From IMG/VR virus record IMGVR_UViG_3300044724_010870, positions 1-51,079 of that record: a stretch of DNA of 51,079 nt; one strand, written 5' to 3'. A program made the translations under genes and the position numbers. Below the pieces are notes generated by a model. That model saw only the letters and a program-made list of their open reading frames with translations. It ran no database searches and was not told where the DNA came from. This stretch comes from a virus. Taxonomy: Duplodnaviria > Caudoviricetes. Positions 37,801 through 46,432 of the stretch are shown here, in pieces; the stretch's first letter is position 1; each line of letters starts with the position of its first letter.

Positions 37801-40800
37801 AAAGTGTTTAAGTAATTCGCCGGCCCATTAACTATCCACTCACTAAATCTATACTGAGGTTCGTTGGGTATTGCCTCTATGCTTGCGGTATAGTTTTCTT
37901 CATCATATTCCCCTGACCCTATTGCTCCACCTATAGAATCCACTTGCACAAGAGAGCTTGGGTCGTCGGTCGTGTTTAATGTAAGTAAATATTCTTCAAT
38001 AAATACAGCTTCAATAACCAAGTCATCGATCAATGTAATGGTTTGCTCATAGTCATCACTAAGTGCTAAACTAGAGCCACTAATAATATTCCAACCTTTA
38101 AACTTGTACCCAGGAGTTGCTGTTATAGTTATAGTTATGCTTTGAGTAAAATTGTAAGACCCATCAGGAACATCTGTAACTACAGAGCCCTTGGCTTCAT
38201 CCCCGGCTTGTATGGATGCACTAAAATTATACATTCTGTATTGAAAATTAGCTCTCAATTCAGTATTCTCTATTATTTTAACTCTTTGCTTAGCATCGTA
38301 TTGATCGACCCCCCAAATAACCGAGCCCGAAACGAGAGTCCATTCTGAAAATTCATACCCAATTGGGTCAGACGGTATTGCATTAATTTCAACCTCTTCT
38401 GTCTCCCTATATGTTCCGTCTCCATCTTGACTTACCGATAAAGTAGCTAATGCCCATGACGTACTAAGGGTGAGATCAAATGGTATCAAAAAGTAGGCCC
38501 TTAAAGATAAATCAGACATTAAATTAAAATCATGATTTGGGTTGTTTTTTTCAAGCGGTAAATATGGATCTAATATATAATCTCCATCATCCATAACAAT
38601 TTCCCATCTATCGAATTCATAAAGCCTGCCATCAATAGAACTGATCTGACCTTCAGCAAAGACAGATACTGGAACCGCATCATCTGAATTAGCTTTATAG
38701 ATTCCTTGGCCACTAAATACACCCGTGGATGTGTCGCTGTTTGCATTATAAATTTTCAACTGATATTTTTGCCTAAATAAAGCCTCTAAAGTTATATCCC
38801 CCTGTAAAGATATTACTTGCCTAGCTGCTGTCTCACTAAATATGTTTGCAGGAGTTTCATTTTCTATTGCAGTCCAGCCGGCAAATCCAAAAACTCCAGG
38901 CTTGGTGCCATCAATCTGACAGTCGTTGATAAAACAAGAGGCATTAACTTCCGTCAAATCTAGCTCCGTAAAAGATCCACTGGTCTGTCCATTGTTACCT
39001 AAATAAATTAATGTATTTTCGTTATATCTTGACTCTAGTGTGTTGGCCCCTTTAGAATCTTTAGAGGTTCCATATGCTGTGTATGTTAAATTAATCTCAT
39101 GCAAATCTAAAAATAAAGCATTAAAGCTTAAGTCCCCCAGAACTCGAAGTTTTTGATTACCTCCATAAAACTCATCGAAATCTTTTGCTCCGTAATTTTT
39201 TACTTTATCTTTGTCTGATATTTCCCATTTGTAGAAAACAGATTTTGAATTTAGTGGTATTCCAGATATTTCTACTACATCTCTGACCGTGACTGTTTTT
39301 GGGAGCTCGGGTAGAGTTCTTCCTAAAGAGGTATCATTTACGCTAAAATTAAGGGCATACTCAGATAGCTTGATAACAGCCCTAATCTCAACATCCCCAG
39401 ATAAAGTAATAATTTGCTTTGAGCTGACATTCTCCTGGAGGCCTTGTATGAAATCTACCCCCTCTATTATTTCCCACTTTACAAATTCGTACCCATGATC
39501 TATATTTGATACAAATATCTCGGCTCGATTATTTTCCGAATGATATTCTCCCGATCCAGTAGTCTGTACATAAAGGCCATCCTTAAGGACTTTGCCGCAG
39601 TCTCCCCCTCTGCATTTTTCGCTCGATAAAAAACTGCCAATCTTTAACTCATATTCTTCTGCAAATATAGCCTCAAGTTCCACATCCCCAGAAACGATAA
39701 GCCTCTGGCTAAGGCCTTCTGTGATTTCAAATTTATTGGATATGTTGGATGCCCCGCTCTTTATAGCCCACCGAACGAAAACTCCTTCGGCATTAGCTAT
39801 AGTTTTAATATTTATAAAATTTTCTTCCTCGTCTAGGCGAACAACTCTTCTGATTCCATCGTCCCTGTCATGCCTAACCTTTCCCCATAAATTATTCCTT
39901 GTTAATCGGAGGGTATATATTCTTTTAAAAACAGCTTCTAGTAGAACTGGCCCATTAACCTTAAAACTTATTCCTTCTTTTTTAAAATCAATTGGCTCAT
40001 TACTATCATTGATAATATTGCCATATCCACCTTTTATCTCCCATCTCTTGAATCTATATAGCGAACTGTCACTCGATTGTGCTTTTATGAAAATTTCTTG
40101 ATTGCAAAAAAACGAACCTTCCCCTGACACCGCTCCATAAGTGTCATTATTAACAGTTAAGCTTACATCAAATAATGCATCTTCTCCATGGGCATGTATC
40201 TCATAGTTTCCATCTATAGTTAACAGGGTATCTTTGTCTGTGGGGTCGAAGCCAGATTGGCCTGATGGCCCCCCGGTCCACTCCTTAAATACAAAGCAGT
40301 CCCTACTAAATGCAGCTAGTGTTTGAATATATCCAGCTGGTAGGGTGAGTATATTATTCGGTGTAATACTATGAAATGCATTAGTGTCTCCGGTAACTTT
40401 TAATTTGTATGTTTTTTGAGCATAATTAATTTCTATCTGTATATCCCTATCTAGGTAAAAGTTTTCAATCTCAAAAGATGTCAATGTTTTATCTCCGTGA
40501 GTTATGCTAGATATGATCCACCCAACTTTAGGCTGCACGATACTTTTTAAATTAATCCTAGAATTATTAGCTACTGTGAATTCATAATTAGTTTTATCTC
40601 CGTCCACACCGAGTGATGATCCCGATAAACTCCCCCTACTATATGTGCCATTGACTAATATTTCTCCTCTAGGGTCATGGTTTAATATTCTTAAAGTAAC
40701 TTCTGATTTAAATTCTATTCTTTTATATATACATAAAGAATACTCATCTGAAAAGCTTTGAGCTACAATACCATATATGTATTCTCCGTAATCAAATATG

Positions 40801-40991
40801 TCATCAATATATCTATTGAAAAATGGCAATAAGCTATCTGAAGCCACTCTAGTTCCCGACATGATATATTCACAAATTTGCTGATCGGACAATCCGACTA
40901 GTGATGGGTCATCTATAGCTCTAAAAACTATAATAGACTTAACACTTGACAGATCCTCCGGCAGATCCCATGTTATCTCAAATTTCGCCAT
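34854..40991 (-). CDS. Large fibre/adhesin-like protein: Fn3-like N-terminus, ~16 InlB B-type repeats, basic C-terminal head
   Basis: 2045 aa. Repeated G-x-V-x-G-x-G-x-Y...I-x-A-x-P...Y-x-F-x-x-W...L-x-A-x-F units. C-terminal ~450 aa is K/S/N-rich with FG motifs (YFGNVIA, DYFGW, SFGWKVVIS, AFGEKIDIS). Confidence 0.8.
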   Translation of the reverse strand: MAKFEITWDLPEDLSSVKSIIVFRAIDDPSLVGLSDQQICEYIMSGTRVASDSLLPFFNRYIDDIFDYGEYIYGIVAQSFSDEYSLCIYKRIEFKSEVTLRILNHDPRGEILVNGTYSRGSLSGSSLGVDGDKTNYEFTVANNSRINLKSIVQPKVGWIISSITHGDKTLTSFEIENFYLDRDIQIEINYAQKTYKLKVTGDTNAFHSITPNNILTLPAGYIQTLAAFSRDCFVFKEWTGGPSGQSGFDPTDKDTLLTIDGNYEIHAHGEDALFDVSLTVNNDTYGAVSGEGSFFCNQEIFIKAQSSDSSLYRFKRWEIKGGYGNIINDSNEPIDFKKEGISFKVNGPVLLEAVFKRIYTLRLTRNNLWGKVRHDRDDGIRRVVRLDEEENFINIKTIANAEGVFVRWAIKSGASNISNKFEITEGLSQRLIVSGDVELEAIFAEEYELKIGSFLSSEKCRGGDCGKVLKDGLYVQTTGSGEYHSENNRAEIFVSNIDHGYEFVKWEIIEGVDFIQGLQENVSSKQIITLSGDVEIRAVIKLSEYALNFSVNDTSLGRTLPELPKTVTVRDVVEISGIPLNSKSVFYKWEISDKDKVKNYGAKDFDEFYGGNQKLRVLGDLSFNALFLDLHEINLTYTAYGTSKDSKGANTLESRYNENTLIYLGNNGQTSGSFTELDLTEVNASCFINDCQIDGTKPGVFGFAGWTAIENETPANIFSETAARQVISLQGDITLEALFRQKYQLKIYNANSDTSTGVFSGQGIYKANSDDAVPVSVFAEGQISSIDGRLYEFDRWEIVMDDGDYILDPYLPLEKNNPNHDFNLMSDLSLRAYFLIPFDLTLSTSWALATLSVSQDGDGTYRETEEVEINAIPSDPIGYEFSEWTLVSGSVIWGVDQYDAKQRVKIIENTELRANFQYRMYNFSASIQAGDEAKGSVVTDVPDGSYNFTQSITITITATPGYKFKGWNIISGSSLALSDDYEQTITLIDDLVIEAVFIEEYLLTLNTTDDPSSLVQVDSIGGAIGSGEYDEENYTASIEAIPNEPQYRFSEWIVNGPANYLNTFDPLISTPQSLDLTGDLNIFAVFLRQNILTLSSRETHMGKAVDLTIKNSPYEIGEDIQLQAFNSQGYQFKQWNILNGTTIGLNNGSTDANPTFQISTDVELEAEFEFIPLVLTVIAEDATLGSVTGGGTYNIEDIINISATPLNSNQYRFKEWKVTQGATSDVFSGLDGSLKYNSGASISIRNNVEITAIFEPVFFLDLTQQATPNANANIEALGLTIENTGTNSGKYLIRESNFPVSIKTNEPSGFVFSQWLNIGTVVVNSINEKETTISQGSTLVAGDSFTVEAQFIEIYELLIQVPKNQGNIVAMPLVYQDGKSLPGVNLSSGDDNHTYSYKTLSNGSLVKVQANPLPGYSFLSWTGSNPPFDNIGPAEKFNNEIEFLMSSGGTLYGAYEEQAFKLQLDYYFYNQNSRQYEFQYTHGPTYSIRDSATGKYIKLKDIEVKGSEQLAPNYFSYNGPFWRYAGQSDTEFKSWIVDSGNIEWFGDESLDILDKVKLSSDVVLKCVYQRILVELDVNFTGVVNSNFSIEFGRERYSLKEKNNKFFVEPGKTVYLKFNGSQGFQNISISTSNIKVKKSRSSDSVSGRAPARGSASITINLKNSLYNKSPNNTTAKRNNNDLKISQEPSGSDVYGLIGSDFVLSYFGNVIAGVWKTNSKSGIVYYIQNQGKQSYFTSQTNNLQGRAVKEDDYFGWTPNRSTTSTTNLTKYNGCAIGENSGSYDLIWPDVTIRISKSFGQNRTNVAQIIRVGASLTAKKFQKTKKITTPDALSLHSENFSPASQNINYQTASGNGGYAWVRANKITAPSGAKSFGWKVVISPKEDKKSDRMAIIGADKKCFLYYRYKSRWVLIESFSTNQPAMGGTSTEVQPFAVSYGMMAIRFINDEATLQHSKNFKSSDIGNKDCIKLYNLTASGSTVNVKQSETLFDFRKPITAFGEKIDISDSGSGTGSPKLAVKLKQNVGKGDITDRFNVYDAIFEIEINND

Positions 40992-40992
40992 C

Positions 40993-42420
40993 TTAAATTT
41001 GTCTTACATCTACATTAGATACTTGCCCCCCTTCCCCAAATGAAGACACATTATCAACTTCAAGGCTTGAGGGCGACATTAATTGATTTGGACCGCATGG
41101 TGAGAGTTGAGTACTTTGATATGTACCGCTAATACTTAAACCTTCAAATTTACCCATACCAAATGTAAAAGAACAATTTACGGAAGCATTTCCACCAATA
41201 CCCAAGGAATAAGAATAATTTTCCAGTTTGGCTTTGTTTATTTTGTAAACCATCTGCTTGTCTCTTTTTTCGGACTTGACGCAATATAACTGGCAATTAT
41301 TTTGTAATATAATTTCCATGTCATAAAATCCATCATCACAAAATATATCATCTAATCTTCCTTGTTTAAATGCGGCGGCTGTAATTTCAAAACTAATTGT
41401 CCCTAACTGGGGCCTTTTAAGTTTTCTTCCATATGCATGTATTGCCCCAAAGCCATAGAAATTATCTCTTTCGAAAGGTACTTGAATATCAAAAGACTGT
41501 ATTGCTATTTCTGGACTGAAGCAGTAATTACCTTCATCCCTATATAGTAAAGGTCCGCCATGATCTAAATTCTTAACTTTTATAGATATTCCTCCGGGAG
41601 ATATGGCTGAAGCATAAGAGTCGTACAATAAAGGCTCAAACACAAGGCCGCCATCTATTATTCTAGCTCCTCCTTTTTCTAAATCTAAAGAGGGTATAGT
41701 ACTGCCTAGTATTTCCTCTTCTACAGTTATGCCGTCTTCTGATTCTACCCTGCCCCCATTTTGAAATCTAATAAAGTCATCTTCCCCAACATCCGATTCG
41801 CTAATAAGATTTGAGGTTTCAATAAACTTATTGATCCAAGATTTAGCTTGCTTACATTCGTAAATTATATTAGAAGACTGAAATGAAGCCGATGCTTTAG
41901 CAAATCCCCCCACACTAGCTGATACAGAATAATTACTCAAGAAACAATTACCAAAACCAATAACATCATATCCTGCTGTAATTTCTGCTTCTGATAAATT
42001 TTTAATAATATCAAATTCTTCTGGGCCTAGTGCCAAAAATGCATTTTTATTATCTCTTAAGTTATTATGTATTGAACCTCGTTGCGAGAAATCTTCATCA
42101 ACTCTTCTTGTGCCGTGATAGTCGGTTTCTTCTGTAGGTTTTGGGTAAGCATTTAAGCCCAAAATATTCTCTTCATATCCGTCAGTTAACAGGTATTCAA
42201 AATTTAAAGTTACATCAGGTTCACTAATTATCTTTCTCTCCATGTAAGCATTGGATCCTATTTGTCTTATATTTTCCCTGCTTAATCCTACTGAAAAATC
42301 TAACGACTGAACTCGGTTCACAAAAAATAACTTTTCAACCGATTGATCGTCCTCTTCCACGAAGTCTGTCATGAACAGACCAGCAGAATTATACTTTATA
42401 ACTTTCCTAGAAAGAGGCAT
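40993..42420 (-). CDS. Tail tube protein paralog 3
   Basis: 475 aa. RKVIKYNSAGLF, NRVQSLDFSV...ENIRQIG...EPDVTLNFEYLLTDGYEENIL, GFGNCFLSNYSVSASVG and AKLENYSYSLGIGGNASV align with the 509- and 841-aa proteins. Confidence 0.7.
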   Translation of the reverse strand: MPLSRKVIKYNSAGLFMTDFVEEDDQSVEKLFFVNRVQSLDFSVGLSRENIRQIGSNAYMERKIISEPDVTLNFEYLLTDGYEENILGLNAYPKPTEETDYHGTRRVDEDFSQRGSIHNNLRDNKNAFLALGPEEFDIIKNLSEAEITAGYDVIGFGNCFLSNYSVSASVGGFAKASASFQSSNIIYECKQAKSWINKFIETSNLISESDVGEDDFIRFQNGGRVESEDGITVEEEILGSTIPSLDLEKGGARIIDGGLVFEPLLYDSYASAISPGGISIKVKNLDHGGPLLYRDEGNYCFSPEIAIQSFDIQVPFERDNFYGFGAIHAYGRKLKRPQLGTISFEITAAAFKQGRLDDIFCDDGFYDMEIILQNNCQLYCVKSEKRDKQMVYKINKAKLENYSYSLGIGGNASVNCSFTFGMGKFEGLSISGTYQSTQLSPCGPNQLMSPSSLEVDNVSSFGEGGQVSNVDVRQI

Positions 42421-42427
42421 ATAATAA

Positions 42428-42434
42428 TATACAC
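42428..42434 (-). promoter_or_regulatory. Putative late-promoter variant GTGTATA, 7 nt before ATG
   Basis: Minus strand GAGGTGTATATTATTATATG in a 37-nt gap with no Shine-Dalgarno-like sequence. Confidence 0.5.
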
Positions 42435-42457
42435 CTCAAACATTATGTTAGGAATTA

Positions 42458-44842
42458 TTAAGCCTTATAAATTAATGCTTGAGTGGTAGTTGGTAAATCA
42501 ACCTGTTCCCAGACAATATTAGTAAATCCTGTTTTTGTCACCAGCGGGTAATTAGAAGCAGAGGGTACATCTACTACCTTGTCGGAAGTATTCAATACCT
42601 CCAAGGTTTTATCGTCTTTTGCTTTTACAGCTGTTAGCGAATTAATCTCTGCCCCATTAGCACCAGTAAATCCAGATAGTGCTACATTAACCTCGGTCCC
42701 CACTGGTATACCATGCTTGATAACAGTTGTTAGTAACATGTTGTCTGTTGCGGTACCATTAATTCTTGAAACAACTTCTATGGTTTGGTAAGTATCTACC
42801 TCAGGTCTAGGTGTTACTGCCCCACTATAACTTCCCCCAGTATTAGCTCCATCAACTCCGGTTGCTCCAACCGATAAGTCTTGGTCTTCTACAAAATTTT
42901 CAGATATTTTGTCCCAATAAGTTGAGTCGGTCAAGTCATCAGCATCTATAAGACTTAAATCTGTGGCATCGGTTGCGGCTGTTGGATCCTCTATATCTAC
43001 CACTGGAGACCCAAATGCAGACTGCTCTGTCCAGAAAGAATTAGAGGCTTGCTGGGAGCTGTATTCTGTACCTTCTATAAGGTTTGAATAATCGTCTACA
43101 TTTGCAGCGCTAATAGAAGAAGAGGACACAAGTAACACTTGGATCCCTCCAGTATCTCCAGCTAATACATAAGATGTTATTGGGCTACCTTCGTCTGCAG
43201 CCTGATCAATAGTTGCTTGGTCTGCATAAATCGCCCCCATACCATCCGATGCTGGTACATCTGCTACTCCTCCAGTAAAAGTAATTGTCTCTACCTCTCC
43301 CGAAATTAGGGTAGCCCCACCAGACACAGTCTCATCTTCGTCTCCAAGTTCCAATGTATAATTTCCTGCATTAAGTATTTGGCTTCCGTCCCCACTTTGC
43401 ACGGAGAAATTTTGAGCCGCTCCAAGTGCACTTATAGTAGAAACTCCATCAGCTGTAATAACCAACTCTAAAGCATTTTCATTGCCCTCAAGAGTAACAT
43501 CTGATGTTAGTCCAAAACTTCCTCCGAATATAACCAATGAAGGAGCAATGCCACTTGGTATTGTGCTGTTTGCTGAATCAAATGTAACTGACCCAATGAG
43601 GGCGACATTTTCAGCTGTGAAATTTGGATAAATTAACCTTATTGAATCTCCTGCTTGTGGTACGGCACTTAATTGTCCGCTCAATGTAGCTATATTAGTG
43701 ATGCCATCAAATGATTGAATTGTTTTAGTTTCAGATGTAGCATCGCTATATGTTACTTGTATGGAATAACCATTGAATAACCCATTGTTTGCTGTATTTG
43801 ACCCAATAGGTGAATCGGTTAAAGTAAATGCGACAGCTGTTTGTGTAGTTCCCGAAGAATCAACATTCCCTGACCTTCCATTCGTGAAGTAGCCAGCCAG
43901 CTGATCAAAAGTCGCATAAGAATCAATCTTAAAATCCTGACCATTAAGAACATCTGTATTTCCTGTGGTATTAAATACTAAAGAAGCGGTTGCCGGACTA
44001 CCAAATGCTATGGAATTTACTGAGCCCGTACTTCCTGTAGTGGTTGCTATATTTCCAGTGGAACCTGCGGAGCCCGCCGAAATATCAGAAAAATCTAAAT
44101 TTGCCCCAGTGTTATTAAAGAAGAAACCAGCCCCAATGCCTGCGGCTTGTTGAGCATTGAGTTGACCGCCCAAGGTGCTTTCACCATTATAATAAAACCA
44201 AGTGCGATTTGGGACAATCGATGTTTCATCAACAGAACCAAAATAGGATGGCTCGCCCTCGAACCTTCTTAGGCCATCATAATTAGCAAAAACAACATCA
44301 GCAACAGTAGCATTGCCCGCGTTTGTCGTGTACAACAAACCAATAGCATCAGCCACCTTAAATCCGCCTGATGTGATTCTCACTAAAGAATCAGCTAAAA
44401 TGAGATCGGATGACACATCAAAATCTTTATCAGATACTAAGTTAACAGAACTGTATACTGTAAAATTTCTTGTGAAATACTTTGATCCACTTTTGTATAA
44501 AGAGCCTTCATTGTCCTCAAAAAGAACGAGCTCTGAGAATGTTGTTTCACCATTCGATGTATTTACTGGAAGAGCCTTAACAAGCTCATAATCATTTTGA
44601 GCAATAAAAGACTTTGTAACCTTGGCTCCACTTTCTTGAGTAAATGTCCACCTTAAAAGGTCCCCGCTACTAATCGTCGTTCCCCCGTCAGCGCCCAAAA
44701 AGTTCTCGGGCGAATAATCAAGAGCATTATAATTGCATTGAAATATGGCTCCTTCAAGATTTGGGTTTTCGGCATCATATCCATTTAACACTGTTTCGTC
44801 TTTTTTAACGACTTGGTATACTTCTTGTTTTAATATGCTCAT
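42458..44842 (-). CDS. Acidic, T/S/G-rich virion decoration protein, in frame with the upstream tube gene
   Basis: 794 aa. Internal ~43241-43980 segment is homologous by eye to the insertion in the 841-aa tube paralog. Preceded by TAAGGA 9 nt upstream of ATG. Confidence 0.75.
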   Translation of the reverse strand: MSILKQEVYQVVKKDETVLNGYDAENPNLEGAIFQCNYNALDYSPENFLGADGGTTISSGDLLRWTFTQESGAKVTKSFIAQNDYELVKALPVNTSNGETTFSELVLFEDNEGSLYKSGSKYFTRNFTVYSSVNLVSDKDFDVSSDLILADSLVRITSGGFKVADAIGLLYTTNAGNATVADVVFANYDGLRRFEGEPSYFGSVDETSIVPNRTWFYYNGESTLGGQLNAQQAAGIGAGFFFNNTGANLDFSDISAGSAGSTGNIATTTGSTGSVNSIAFGSPATASLVFNTTGNTDVLNGQDFKIDSYATFDQLAGYFTNGRSGNVDSSGTTQTAVAFTLTDSPIGSNTANNGLFNGYSIQVTYSDATSETKTIQSFDGITNIATLSGQLSAVPQAGDSIRLIYPNFTAENVALIGSVTFDSANSTIPSGIAPSLVIFGGSFGLTSDVTLEGNENALELVITADGVSTISALGAAQNFSVQSGDGSQILNAGNYTLELGDEDETVSGGATLISGEVETITFTGGVADVPASDGMGAIYADQATIDQAADEGSPITSYVLAGDTGGIQVLLVSSSSISAANVDDYSNLIEGTEYSSQQASNSFWTEQSAFGSPVVDIEDPTAATDATDLSLIDADDLTDSTYWDKISENFVEDQDLSVGATGVDGANTGGSYSGAVTPRPEVDTYQTIEVVSRINGTATDNMLLTTVIKHGIPVGTEVNVALSGFTGANGAEINSLTAVKAKDDKTLEVLNTSDKVVDVPSASNYPLVTKTGFTNIVWEQVDLPTTTQALIYKA

Positions 44843-44854
44843 TGTAAATTTTCC

Positions 44855-46384
44855 TTATCCGTTATAGTGGTTCATTGTAACTTTAGACTTGTAATAATTC
44901 GACCCAAACTTAACTACTTCAGACTGGAAATACTGCTTAGATAAGTCGTAAGCTTCTGCTGTTGGCGGCACTTTTGTTTCAAAAGTAGTATTAGGAACCC
45001 CTGTATCACTAAACCAGCCTGGAGATACACCATTATTTCCGTCTTGCGACTCGATTCCATAAATGAATAAACCTCTCGATTTATCATCTGCACCAGCAAC
45101 CTGAACTGAAAATGTTAAGTCAACGGTCTTATTGTCTCCGATTGAAGATGAGAAGTTTTCAGAGTCAAGCTTTGCTCCCCTTAGGGTGTACTTAACGGCT
45201 ACCTTCCCGGTATTTTTATCGCATCCCATGCAATCTGGGTTATAAACGGTTACTGAAATATCGTGATCTCCGCACTCACAAAGTAAGTCTACAAGATTTG
45301 CTTCATTTAAATCCGAAAGGATAGCACTCACATTCATGGTAACTGTCAATGGGACGTCTACTGCTTTAGTGAACCCAAATGTTGATCCAAGTCTCTGTAG
45401 GTTTGTTCTGGTTAAGGGTACATTAATCGAGCAGGATTGTATATGTGCACTGCCTCCCGACTTGTCTTGAGTGCCAGAGACTTGCTTACTCATAAACTGT
45501 GCTGAATCAATACTAATTACAACATCTCCTGGCCTGAGCGCGGATACATCTCCGCAGCCATAATAACCACTCTGAGCAGCCGGTAGAGAAAATAAACCAG
45601 TGCATCCCTCTGTTTTGCAGTCACCCTTGTTGCCGTCTTTCCATGCATCGCTAATAAGTGAGCCTTCAGCCATATCAATAGCTGGAACATTAAGCCCGGT
45701 CTCCCCGATGTCACTCTTTATATTCATGCCCTCTACAGAGCAAGACACGGTAGGGATATTACCAACAGATATGTCTACGGAATAATCGGTCAGATATCCG
45801 TTACCCAAGGCAACCACAGTTTTTTGTGTATCTTCGATAGCGACGTCTCCAAGAACTACATCTCTAGATTCTGGTGTTGTAAGAATGAAATAGTTATTAC
45901 CAGCTTGATAGGTTTCGGGCGAGAAGTGCCCGCTCATAGAGTTAACCTCTCCGTTGGTAACAAATTCTAGCATTCGCTCATTGTAACCGTCTAAAAGGTA
46001 GTAACTAAAGTCTAAATTAACAGTTGGAGACTCAATAACAATCGAATCAAGTCTGGATAAGTGCCCAAATTGATTGATATCTTGCTTATTAACAGTGAAT
46101 CCGTAATTAGCACTCTGGACTCTTTTTAATTGTTTAACGATAGATCCATGTGCAGTTGCATAGCTTGGGTTTTCCCCGGTTGGGTTCCACTCCGGCCAAT
46201 CATCTCCACATTGCCAACCAACTGCTTGATCTTTACTATTAATGCCCCCAGCACTTTGAGCAGAATTAATTGGGGGTGTCATAAGCCCATAACCACCCTT
46301 TCCTGTGTAGTGGTATCCAGTAGCGTCAGGACTAACAAATAATGCTTCGGATTGGTAAATTACTCTGTTTCTTGATACTGCCAT
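44855..46384 (-). CDS. Major tail tube protein candidate (paralog 2)
   Basis: 509 aa, near-colinear with the 841-aa protein (RNRVIYQSEALFVSPD, AHGSI-x-KQLKRVQ, QFGHL-x-RLDSIV, LLDGYNERMLEFVTNG, IGDNKTVDL). Beta-rich two-half architecture, upstream of the TMP. Confidence 0.75.
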   Translation of the reverse strand: MAVSRNRVIYQSEALFVSPDATGYHYTGKGGYGLMTPPINSAQSAGGINSKDQAVGWQCGDDWPEWNPTGENPSYATAHGSIVKQLKRVQSANYGFTVNKQDINQFGHLSRLDSIVIESPTVNLDFSYYLLDGYNERMLEFVTNGEVNSMSGHFSPETYQAGNNYFILTTPESRDVVLGDVAIEDTQKTVVALGNGYLTDYSVDISVGNIPTVSCSVEGMNIKSDIGETGLNVPAIDMAEGSLISDAWKDGNKGDCKTEGCTGLFSLPAAQSGYYGCGDVSALRPGDVVISIDSAQFMSKQVSGTQDKSGGSAHIQSCSINVPLTRTNLQRLGSTFGFTKAVDVPLTVTMNVSAILSDLNEANLVDLLCECGDHDISVTVYNPDCMGCDKNTGKVAVKYTLRGAKLDSENFSSSIGDNKTVDLTFSVQVAGADDKSRGLFIYGIESQDGNNGVSPGWFSDTGVPNTTFETKVPPTAEAYDLSKQYFQSEVVKFGSNYYKSKVTMNHYNG

Positions 46385-46432
46385 TTTATTACTCTCTCTT
46401 TTTTTGTGTTTATTAAGTTTGTCCTTTTTCCT

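Noticed and set aside
46388-46394. GAGTAAT as another promoter-motif copy before the 509-aa gene
   Set aside because: Mismatch in the core and only 3 nt from the ATG, inconsistent with the other spacings.
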